DNA from: Vulcanimicrobiota bacterium
GTDB lineage: Bacteria > Vulcanimicrobiota > Xenobia > Xenobiales > JADMJV01
Length of the DNA stretch: 64,000 nt
Assembly (NCBI GenBank): GCA_050250895.1
Contig: JBFWNU010000005.1
Coordinates: 256,001 to 320,000, forward strand
Reading direction: 5' to 3'
A program made the position numbers and the translations under genes. Of the stretch, positions 56,137 through 64,000 are shown in pieces (within the stretch, counting starts at the first letter, position 1; each line of letters opens with the position of its first letter). A model generated the notes under the pieces. It saw only the letters and a list, made by a program, of their open reading frames with translations, ran no database searches and was not told the origin of the DNA.

Positions 56137-57731
56137 GAATTCTTCGTGTCCGGCACTTGGATGGGTATCGAGCGAGCGGCCTGGCGAAAATGGTCGCGCT
56201 GTTCCTCGGGCAGGCTCTCGATGGCGGCCAGGATGGTGGGCGAGTCGAGCGGACCCGACCGCTCCAGGTTGCGGGCTCGCTGATAGACCTCGGCGAACAG
56301 CGGAGAGACGGGTCTCTTCTCATCTGGGCGCAGGGGATAGTCTCGCTCGTGGAGCCTGGTGTAGTGAGGCTCGCGCCCCGCCCGCAGCTCGAGGTGGTCG
56401 GCTAGCAGCGCCTGCCAGTAGCGGGCGATGGCCTCGGGCGGGCGCGACAACTCCAGGGCCTGCTGGGGGGAGATCTTCAGCAGTTTGCGTTCTCCGGCCT
56501 CGACCCACCAATCGTTTGCCTGCTGGCGGCAGCTCAGTTTATCGGCGGTGACCGGATAGGCGGCCAGCAGGTCGGCGCCCGCCATCGCCTGGTCGCGGGC
56601 GCTCATCGAGGCGTTGTCGCCCAGCAAAGCAACCTCTGCGCCGTGAAGGCGCAAGGCCCAAAATAGCTGATGCTCGGCCGGGGCGGGGGCGGCACCGCTG
56701 GCGGCGACGGCCCAGACCGGCTGGCGGTCCATCAGGTGAACGGTCTGAAAGCCGAAGAAGCTGGCCAGGGCCAGGCAGGCCAGAGGGAGCAACCAGAGGG
56801 AAGCGGGGGTCGAGGTGGGTAGCTCGGTGGCTTGCACCATGACCGTGGGTTCGACCGGCCGAGGTGTTTCGAGGGTCTTGGTGGGCTCGGAGGCCCTGGG
56901 GGGCAGGGTCGGGCTGGTCATCGAAGCCAGCGCCCCGCTCATGGCCCCCGCGCTCGCGAACCGGTCCTCCGGTCGTTTCTCCAGGGCCTTGAGGATGAAC
57001 GCATCAAGTTCCGGACCGATTTCGAGATTACGATAGCTGGGCGGGTGAGCCAGTTGATAGACCTGCCGCTGGATGACCTCGGCCACATTGTCGGCGGCGA
57101 AGGGGGTCTGCCCGGTCAGCATCTCATAGAGCACTACCCCCACGGCATAAAGGTCGCTGGGTGGGCCCACCGCCTTGTCGGTGAGCTGCTCGGGGCTCAT
57201 ATAGTCGGGCGTGCCCGGCATGAAGCCGGTTCGCGTCAGGGTCGTGCCCTGGGTGGCCAGGGCCACTCCGAAGTCCGAGATGATCAGCTTTCCGTCTTGA
57301 TCGAGCAACAGGTTCTCGGGTTTGATGTCACGATGCACGATGCCATTGTCGTGAGCATAGGCCAATCCGTCGAGTAGTTCTCGGGTCAACCTCAGGGCGT
57401 CTTGGACGGAAGGCTTGCCGCGCTCGAGAAAGCTGCGCAGGGTCTCTCCCTGAACATACTCGAACACCTGGTAGCACCCCATCTGTTCGTCTTCGCCATA
57501 GTCCAGCAGATGGACGATATGGCGGTGGTCGAGCTTGGACGTGATCGAGGTCTCGCGTTGGAACCGGGCCACGTATTCGGCGTCGTCAGAATATTGGGGA
57601 TAGAGGATCTTGACGGCGACGGGCTGGTCGGCCTGCTGGCCGCGGGCCAGATAGACGGCCCCCATGCCCCCCTGGCCAATCTTCTCTTCGAGAGTATAAT
57701 CGGCGAGCTTTCTACCGGTATAGCGACCCAC
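56133..57731 (-). CDS. Hanks-type Ser/Thr kinase with TM helix and C-terminal extracytoplasmic domain
   Basis: GQGGMG, AVK, HRDIKPEN, DFG and YMSPE; GTG start overlaps the upstream TAG. Confidence 0.92.
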   Translation of the reverse strand: MGRYTGRKLADYTLEEKIGQGGMGAVYLARGQQADQPVAVKILYPQYSDDAEYVARFQRETSITSKLDHRHIVHLLDYGEDEQMGCYQVFEYVQGETLRSFLERGKPSVQDALRLTRELLDGLAYAHDNGIVHRDIKPENLLLDQDGKLIISDFGVALATQGTTLTRTGFMPGTPDYMSPEQLTDKAVGPPSDLYAVGVVLYEMLTGQTPFAADNVAEVIQRQVYQLAHPPSYRNLEIGPELDAFILKALEKRPEDRFASAGAMSGALASMTSPTLPPRASEPTKTLETPRPVEPTVMVQATELPTSTPASLWLLPLACLALASFFGFQTVHLMDRQPVWAVAASGAAPAPAEHQLFWALRLHGAEVALLGDNASMSARDQAMAGADLLAAYPVTADKLSCRQQANDWWVEAGERKLLKISPQQALELSRPPEAIARYWQALLADHLELRAGREPHYTRLHERDYPLRPDEKRPVSPLFAEVYQRARNLERSGPLDSPTILAAIESLPEEQRDHFRQAARSIPIQVPDTKNS

Positions 57732-58210
57732 TAATCGAGTTTGAGCACTTTCACCCGAAATTTCAAGGTCATACCGGCCCACGGGTGATTGGCATCGACC
57801 ACGGCCTGGTCGCCTTCGATCTTCACCACGCGGACAATGTGCTCCCGACCGTTCTTGTCGCGGGCCTTGATGACGGCTCCGGCTTTGCGACCGGTCTCGG
57901 GCAGGCTACTGGCGGGCACTTTTCCCACCAGGTTGGGATCGACATCACCAAAAGCCTGCTCGGGTGTCAGCACGATGTCACGGCTTTCGCCTGCTTTCAT
58001 GCCGACCATGCCCTTTTGCAGGTCGGGCAGAAAGGTATTGCCACCGATTTGCATCTCGAAAGGCTTTTCGGTCGCCGTGATCTTCTGGCCGCCTGACCCA
58101 AAAATAGTGTATTCGATGGTGACCTTGCTACCGGCTTGGACCTCGGGAGGGGCCGCCAGGGCCGGAACGACCAGCAGGAACAGCAAGATGAACAGGCTTC
58201 GAGGTCTCAT
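57731..58210 (-). CDS. FKBP-type (SlyD/FkpB-like) PPIase with signal peptide
   Basis: GMKAGE...PEQAFG and VDANHPWAG; N-terminal signal ending ALA. Confidence 0.85.
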   Translation of the reverse strand: MRPRSLFILLFLLVVPALAAPPEVQAGSKVTIEYTIFGSGGQKITATEKPFEMQIGGNTFLPDLQKGMVGMKAGESRDIVLTPEQAFGDVDPNLVGKVPASSLPETGRKAGAVIKARDKNGREHIVRVVKIEGDQAVVDANHPWAGMTLKFRVKVLKLD

Positions 58211-58483
58211 ATGGGTTCTTATTCCGTGGGGTCGGTCCCTATCCTGTGATGATAACAAATACAAGGCCCGGCGGCCGGAAAAGTTTCTCTCGGCGTGGAA
58301 TGTATGATGAGGGTCATTCTAAAGGATAGGGGGTATCCGGTAGGATAGGTATCACGACAACCGAATGGGGGCGAAAGTGCCCGGGGTCATGGTGTAATGA
58401 CTCGGTATTTACGCATTCGGGGGAGGGCCTCTTGCTTGATCCCCCCAGGGGAAAAAGGTTTTCATCGAGAAAGGTTCTAGCAC

Positions 58484-60451
58484 GTGAGCAACGAGGCTGA
58501 CAAACGACCGCCCGATTCGGCGGAGCGGTCGGCTCCCTTCAAGCCCGGGCACATTCCCCTGCAGCCCGGGCCTGCTTCAGGTCGCATGGCTCGCCGCCCC
58601 GACATCCGCACTCCTCGACCCCCAGGCCAGGGCGAGGGGGAAGCCAGTGGAGAAGGCTTTCTGCCGGGTCCCGGTGGGGGAGAGCCCTCGCTGAGTCCAC
58701 CGCCTGGGCGTCGTCCGGGCGGTATGCCACCCGGGCCCGGTCGAAGTGTCCCCTCGCTCGAGCAGGGCGAATCAGGCAGTTTCGATATTCCCAGTCTCGA
58801 GCCACCTCGGACGGCCCGACCCCGCATCCCCGAACTCGAACCGGCCGACTTCGAAACGCCCCCCGTGCGCGAGCCGCTCGGACACCGGGCCCCCCGAATT
58901 CCCAGTCTTGAAGCCGACGAGCCATCGATCATGTCGGTTCCCGAACTCGAGCCACCGCCGCGTCGGCCCTCCGCGCCGCCGCCGCCTCCTCCGCCGTTGC
59001 CAAGCCGACCGGTCCCTCCGCCGAGTTCGGCGCCTTCGTTCGAGGCGCCCGAGGGCTTCGATCAGAGCTTTGACGAGATTGCCCGACAGTCTCCAGCGGC
59101 CACACCCCCCCCGGCACCGCCGCAACCGCGAGTGGCTGCGCCGCCGCCGCCCCAGCCCCAGACCCCGACTCTGCGTCCACCAACGCCTCCCACGCCGCCT
59201 GCCCCGCAGAGACCCCCGGCGCCCGCGCCTCCGGGAGTGCCTACGGCTGCGCCCAGGCCGGCTGCCCCCAGGCCGGCGGCGCCCCCACCACCTGCGCCGG
59301 CTCCTCCTCCGGCTGCTCCGCCCCGCCCGGTAGCGCCGCCGGTGCCTCAGGTCGAGGCCGATATTCAGTTTGACGAGCCCGAACCCACCCTCGAGCCGCC
59401 GCCACGTCCCGCGGCGGCTCCTGGTCCCACGCTCGAGCCGCCGCCAAAGCTAGAGCCGCCGCCAAAGGTAGCCCAGCCGGGCGAGGCGGCTGCGCCTCGC
59501 TCTGCCGAAGGCTTCAGCATGATCCCGGTCGAGCCGCCTCCGTCACGGCCCGAACCCAAAGAGAAGCCGAAAAAGAAGTTCTCGGCGGTACGGGCCGGCG
59601 TGCTCACGGCGGTGGCCTCGGCCGCGCTGGTGGGATGGTGGTTCAACGCCAAGAAGCAAGTCGAGGTGGCCCCCGATCCGCCCCAGGCCGTGATCGGGTC
59701 GGTCCCAGCCGGCGCCAAGATCTTTGCTGGTGCCGAGGTCGTGGGTCAGACCCCCCTGGTAGTGGTCCAGGGCCAGTATGACACCGTCACTCTCAAGATG
59801 GACGGCTATCAAGACAAGACCGTTGGCCTCGAGTTCTCTGAACGCAAAGTGAATCGAATGCTCGAGACGCTCGACCCTTCGTTGGGGCAAGTTGCCCTCA
59901 AAGGGGTTCCCAAAGACGCCAAGATCTCCCTCGACGGAGCCGAACCGGTGGCGGTTGGCGCCATGACGACCGACTGGCCCATGGGCACTCATAAGGTCAA
60001 GGTGATCCTCAGTGATCAGGAACCGGCCGAATTCGAAGTAACCGTTTCGAAAGACAGCGCCGTCGACCTGGGGGCCGAGGTCGAAAAGATCGTTTCGGTT
60101 CGTCCCCGGCTGCTGTTGACGGTGAGTGGTCCGGCCAAGTTCAACGTCGAAGTTTCAAAAGTCGGTCACGAGAACATTCAGGCCGCTTCCGGAGCCGGCA
60201 ACCTGAGCCTGCCCCTGCAGGACGGACGCGGTATCTACAAGATTTCGGTAACGGCCGATGGCTATCTGGGCTACAACAAGGACATCGAGATCGCCGGACC
60301 GCGCAAAATGAGCGTGGTTTTGCAGCCTCGACCCGCTCCCGCTCCCGCGCCGGCACCGGTGTCAAGCGGTACCGGGGGAGGGGGCTTTCGCCCGGCACCC
60401 GCGCCCCCCGGTGGCAGTGGCGGACATCGCATCTCGGCCCCAGACTTCTAG
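58484..60451 (+). CDS. Pro-rich cytoplasmic region, single TM helix and PEGA-like domains
   Basis: ~360 aa Pro/Glu-rich region with LEPPP repeats; TM helix; SVPAGAKIF...GQTPL PEGA pattern. Confidence 0.78.
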   Translation: MSNEADKRPPDSAERSAPFKPGHIPLQPGPASGRMARRPDIRTPRPPGQGEGEASGEGFLPGPGGGEPSLSPPPGRRPGGMPPGPGRSVPSLEQGESGSFDIPSLEPPRTARPRIPELEPADFETPPVREPLGHRAPRIPSLEADEPSIMSVPELEPPPRRPSAPPPPPPPLPSRPVPPPSSAPSFEAPEGFDQSFDEIARQSPAATPPPAPPQPRVAAPPPPQPQTPTLRPPTPPTPPAPQRPPAPAPPGVPTAAPRPAAPRPAAPPPPAPAPPPAAPPRPVAPPVPQVEADIQFDEPEPTLEPPPRPAAAPGPTLEPPPKLEPPPKVAQPGEAAAPRSAEGFSMIPVEPPPSRPEPKEKPKKKFSAVRAGVLTAVASAALVGWWFNAKKQVEVAPDPPQAVIGSVPAGAKIFAGAEVVGQTPLVVVQGQYDTVTLKMDGYQDKTVGLEFSERKVNRMLETLDPSLGQVALKGVPKDAKISLDGAEPVAVGAMTTDWPMGTHKVKVILSDQEPAEFEVTVSKDSAVDLGAEVEKIVSVRPRLLLTVSGPAKFNVEVSKVGHENIQAASGAGNLSLPLQDGRGIYKISVTADGYLGYNKDIEIAGPRKMSVVLQPRPAPAPAPAPVSSGTGGGGFRPAPAPPGGSGGHRISAPDF

Positions 60452-62385
60452 TGGTTGATCTTTTTGAGCCGGCTGGCCCAGATCAACCCGCCTGCTAAGA
60501 GGCCGAAAGCCGCAATGGCCAGCAGTTCGGTTCCCGGAGGGGTCTCGCCGTCAAAGAGCGGTAGCTCGTAGTACTTCACGGCGGCCACGCCCACCCCAAC
60601 CAGGGCCGCCCCTGCAATCAAACCCGAGGAGAAGAGCACCCCCGTCTCGCGCCGCTCGTTGACTTCGTCTTTGAGTGAAGTTTTCTCGACCAGTAGGCGG
60701 ATCAGGCCGCCAATCATGACCGGCACGGCCAGGTGAACCGGCAGGTAGAGTCCCACCGCAAAGGCCAGTGTCGGCAAACCCATGATCTCGACACAAAAGG
60801 CGAGAAAGACTCCCGTCAGCACCAACCCCCAGGGCAGATTTCCGTCCAGGACCCCGTCGATCACCAATCGGATCAGGTTGGCCTGGGGCGCCTTGGCTTC
60901 GCCGCTCACGATGTCGTCTTTGAAGAGGGCCAACACGGCCGCCATGGTGATGGCCGAGAGGATGACTCCGATCAACTCTGCCACCTGCTGGCTCCTGGGG
61001 GTGGCTCCCACCAGAAAGCCGGTCTTGAGGTCCTGCGAGGTATCGCCCGCGATGGCCGCCGCGATGCAAACCAGCGAGCCGATGGTCAGTACGGCTACCT
61101 TGGCCTGCTCGGCGTCGTAGAGCTTTCCGAAGACCAGCGCGCACAGCAGTACCGTGGCGATGGTCATGCCCGAGATGGGATTGGAGGAAGCGCCCAGCAA
61201 CCCCACGATGCGTGAGGAGACGGTCACGAAGAAAAAGGCGAACACGACCACCGCCAGCCCCGCCAGCGGTCCCAGGGCGCCCCCCTGGGGACTGGCCATC
61301 AAGGGCAGAAAAGCCGAGAGCAGCGCGATCACCGCCAGGGCCGCCCCGACGACGGCCAGGGAAAGTTCTTGCTCGGTCCTGGGTAAGACCTTGTCGGCCT
61401 TCTCTCGGAGGGCGTCCATGGCCATCTTGAACGACTCGATCAAGGTGGGAGTCGACTTCACCAGGGTGAAGAGGCCGCCAAAAGCGACCGCCCCGGCGCC
61501 GATGTAGCGCAGATAGCGTTCCCAGATGTCCCAGTGCGACATCTCTCGGATCAGATGCTCGGTCTCGGGGGCCAGCGGCGTCATGACCCCGCCACCGAAA
61601 TAGTAGATCATCGGGATGATGACCAGCCAGCCAACCGCACCCCCGGCCAGCATGACGGCCGCCACCTCGGGACCGATGATATAGCCCACCCCCAGCAACT
61701 CGGCCGTGAGGGTAGCCCCCATGGCGGTGCGAAAAGAAGGCAGTTTGATGGCGAAGTCGGGTTCTTCGGGAAAGAAATGGAATTTCTGGAGGAGCGTGAA
61801 AACGGCTCCCGAGAGGGCCCCGTAGCTGAGCATCTTGCCCTGCTCGCCGCCCGCCTGGGCGGCCACCTGAACCTCGGCGCAGGCCGTCCCTTCGGGATAG
61901 GTCAGCTTGCCGTGCTCGGCCACGATCAGGGTGCGGCGCAGGGGAATCATGAAGAACACGCCCAGCAACCCACCCAGTAGCGAGAGGGGGAAGATCGGCC
62001 AAAAACCCGGCGACTCGCCCCACAAAAAGAGAACGGGCAGGGTGAAAATGACTCCCGCCGCCAGCGACTCGCCGACCGAGCCCACCGTTTGGATGATGTT
62101 GGTCTCGAGCACGTTGGACTCGAAGCGCAACAGGCGAAAGACCAGCACGCCGATCACGGCGGCCGGAATCGAGGCCGACACCGTCAGGCCCACCTTCAAG
62201 CCGAGATAGGCGTTGGCGAACCCGAAGATGATGCCCACGATGGCGCCGGTGACAACGGCTCGAAGGGTGAACTCGGGCAGGCTCACCTCGGTGGGAATTA
62301 CCGGTTGATATTGTTCGCCTTCTTCCAACGGCCGGTAGGCCTGGGGTGGAAGGCTCATTTTTAGTTCGGGCTGCTCGCCGGCCAT
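60448..62385 (-). CDS. OPT-family oligopeptide transporter
   Basis: YLGLKVGLTVSASIPAAV, YPEG, NPISGMTI, DLKTGFLVGATP and APQA. Confidence 0.93.
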   Translation of the reverse strand: MAGEQPELKMSLPPQAYRPLEEGEQYQPVIPTEVSLPEFTLRAVVTGAIVGIIFGFANAYLGLKVGLTVSASIPAAVIGVLVFRLLRFESNVLETNIIQTVGSVGESLAAGVIFTLPVLFLWGESPGFWPIFPLSLLGGLLGVFFMIPLRRTLIVAEHGKLTYPEGTACAEVQVAAQAGGEQGKMLSYGALSGAVFTLLQKFHFFPEEPDFAIKLPSFRTAMGATLTAELLGVGYIIGPEVAAVMLAGGAVGWLVIIPMIYYFGGGVMTPLAPETEHLIREMSHWDIWERYLRYIGAGAVAFGGLFTLVKSTPTLIESFKMAMDALREKADKVLPRTEQELSLAVVGAALAVIALLSAFLPLMASPQGGALGPLAGLAVVVFAFFFVTVSSRIVGLLGASSNPISGMTIATVLLCALVFGKLYDAEQAKVAVLTIGSLVCIAAAIAGDTSQDLKTGFLVGATPRSQQVAELIGVILSAITMAAVLALFKDDIVSGEAKAPQANLIRLVIDGVLDGNLPWGLVLTGVFLAFCVEIMGLPTLAFAVGLYLPVHLAVPVMIGGLIRLLVEKTSLKDEVNERRETGVLFSSGLIAGAALVGVGVAAVKYYELPLFDGETPPGTELLAIAAFGLLAGGLIWASRLKKINH

Positions 62386-62435
62386 CTTGACTCCTAATAC
62401 AGGGACCCGACGACTCTCGGAAGAATCATGGCGGG

Positions 62436-62813
62436 GTGAGAGTGTTGCTGCTCATCTTGTTGCTCGTATGGTCGCCAGCCCTGGCTGGTTCTCCTTCAGG
62501 CCCCAAGACGCCCACCGGCGGATGGCTAATCGAAGATGCCGACCACGTCATCCAGGAAGAGATTCTCTGGACGGGCAAGATTCAGGGCCTCAAACTCCAG
62601 AAATATCAGCGAACCCAGCAGTGGAACGAGTACACTTACGCCCAGGGTCGCGACACCAGCAAACTTTCCCAAGAGGTGATCGGCGGCTTTCAGAAACGGG
62701 GTTGGAAGGTCAAGAAGGGGGCCAACGGGGTGATCAGCGGCACCAAGGGCGACATGGATCTAACCGTGACCATCACCTCGAAGAGTCTTGTCGTTAGTAT
62801 CGGGCAGCGCTGA
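62436..62813 (+). CDS. Small secreted hypothetical protein
   Basis: Signal peptide ending SPALA; 3' end overlaps the convergent gene. Confidence 0.6.
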   Translation: MRVLLLILLLVWSPALAGSPSGPKTPTGGWLIEDADHVIQEEILWTGKIQGLKLQKYQRTQQWNEYTYAQGRDTSKLSQEVIGGFQKRGWKVKKGANGVISGTKGDMDLTVTITSKSLVVSIGQR

Positions 62814-63815
62814 GCGGGCTTCGATCAGTTTAGCGGCGGTGCCGACCGCGACCCCAGCAGCCAGGCCCACCCCGGCTCCCACCAGTCCACCCACGATGCC
62901 GCCCACTACCGGACCATAGCGGTTGGTGGTGAAGACCTTCTCGGTCTGTTGCATGGCCGGATTGCCGTTGGCATCATAAACCGGAACCTGCCGATAAACG
63001 GGGTCTCGCCCATGCGACCAGTCGTCGCCGCGGCTGGGAAAGCCCCATCCGAGGCCCCAGTTCCATTGGTACCAATCGCGCGGAATGTCGCCGATATGAG
63101 TGTTCTGGGTAACCGGGATCATCCACTCGCGAGGGTGCACTTCTTGATGGCCCAGTTCGATGGCGCCCGCTTTGGCGCCGAAATAGGCCCCCACCCCGGC
63201 GCCCAGAACAGTGCCAGCAATGGCGGCGTTGCCCGAGAATTCTACCATCTTTTCGCGTTTGGCCGGAGACAGTTTGGGATGTTGGGTCTGGCCGTCGGTG
63301 ACCACCCGCTGCAAGGCGTTGACCCCAAGTCCGATCCCTAATCCGAGCAGACCACCGCCTACGGCCCCCAGAAAGCCACCCATGAGCGGCTCCCAGCCGT
63401 TGGTGTGATGAAAAACCGGCTCGGTGTAAGAGCCCACCTCGCGCTGGGTTACGTTGGCTGAATAGTTGTGCCACCAACCCTCGATCTCGGTGTGACAGAC
63501 CTCGCGGGCATCGTCGCCATAGCCTTCGGTGTGGCACTCGGTGCGATAGTCAGGAATGACGCTATAGTGGTAGCCGTTGAGTTCGGGGTGGCTGATGGCC
63601 CGGCGCACCCACTCTTCTCGGATGCTGTCCTGGCTTTGCGAGGCAAACCCTGTAATGGTGCCGATGGTAGCCCCGGCCAGGGCGCCGGCGGTGGCGCCGA
63701 GCACGGCATAGTCGCGGCCGCGCCGTTCTTCGTCGCTGCCGTAATCATCGCCCACGACCTGGTTGCCAACCCAGCCGCGAAACTCTCTCCAACTTTCGCT
63801 AACCGCTTTGATCAC
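62760..63815 (-). CDS. Glycine-zipper membrane protein with an internally duplicated module
   Basis: Four GxxxG-rich segments arranged as two similar modules. Confidence 0.75.
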   Translation of the reverse strand: MIKAVSESWREFRGWVGNQVVGDDYGSDEERRGRDYAVLGATAGALAGATIGTITGFASQSQDSIREEWVRRAISHPELNGYHYSVIPDYRTECHTEGYGDDAREVCHTEIEGWWHNYSANVTQREVGSYTEPVFHHTNGWEPLMGGFLGAVGGGLLGLGIGLGVNALQRVVTDGQTQHPKLSPAKREKMVEFSGNAAIAGTVLGAGVGAYFGAKAGAIELGHQEVHPREWMIPVTQNTHIGDIPRDWYQWNWGLGWGFPSRGDDWSHGRDPVYRQVPVYDANGNPAMQQTEKVFTTNRYGPVVGGIVGGLVGAGVGLAAGVAVGTAAKLIEARSALPDTNDKTLRGDGHG

Positions 63816-63821
63816 GAACAG

Positions 63822-63865
63822 AACCTAACTCGAGCTCCGGGGCGCAGTTGTGACATCGATGTTAA
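63822..63865 (-). promoter_or_regulatory. TTAACA-N5-GTCACA-N21-TAGGTT-N6-GTG (leaderless promoter)
   Basis: Same layout as the other instances; includes the palindrome ACATCGATGT. Confidence 0.55.
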
Positions 63866-63936
63866 TTCCTCCGGAAAGGTTTTGACCCGCCGTTTCAGAA
63901 AGCGTGTGAATGAAAGTCAAAACCGAGGAGCAGGCG

Positions 63937-64000
63937 ATGTTTGAAGCCGTGGGGACGGGGGTCAGCTTTCCCGAACTGGAAGAGCGGATTCTGCAATTCT
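63937..64000 (+). CDS. ileS: Isoleucyl-tRNA synthetase (type 2), 5' end, truncated by the window edge
   Basis: GAGGAG RBS; MFEAVGTGVSFPELEERILQF matches the FPxxEExILxFW N-terminus of IleRS2; only 21 codons visible. Confidence 0.7.
   Translation, partial: MFEAVGTGVSFPELEERILQF

Noticed and set aside
58960-59470. CCG-rich tandem repeats (also 23535-23640)
   Set aside because: Explained by proline-rich coding sequence
63870-63936. T-box riboswitch upstream of ileS
   Set aside because: No TGGNACC T-box sequence and the region is too short
1-64000. Prophage, IS element, integron or defence island
   Set aside because: No integrase, transposase, phage structural or recognisable defence genes beyond the decayed MNT-HEPN pair

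Overview
High-GC bacterial chromosomal window, densely coding, with no rRNA, tRNA, CRISPR array, integrase or transposase that I can support. Housekeeping genes include polA, rnr, add, a parvulin, an FKBP, msrB (split by a 1-nt frameshift), the 5' end of ileS, an OPT transporter, a MacAB-like ABC exporter, an acyl-CoA oxidase and a GS plus amidohydrolase (FluG-like) pair. Signalling genes include two Ser/Thr kinases, an FHA-ABC transporter, a hybrid histidine kinase, a REC-BTAD regulator with a kinase, and two tandem PilT ATPases. Main accessory signals: (1) a 1075-aa tubulin/FtsZ-like (Tubulin_2/FtsZl1-type) protein coupled to a membrane protein; (2) a recurrent promoter layout, TTAACA-like x2 at 11-bp period followed by a -10 box 37-38 bp after the first half-site, upstream of six scattered genes; (3) those genes and a few similar ones encode proteins without Sec signals but with low-complexity N-termini (a Q/M-rich filament-like protein, hydrophobic-hairpin and glycine-zipper proteins, an S8 protease, a TolB-like propeller), suggesting a dispersed, co-regulated set of type III-like secretion substrates; (4) an MNT-HEPN toxin-antitoxin pair whose toxin is cut by REP-like repeats. 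The gene style recalls Ca. Eremiobacterota (Vulcanimicrobiota), but that is unverified inference. All family calls come from motif recognition by eye, not database searches.
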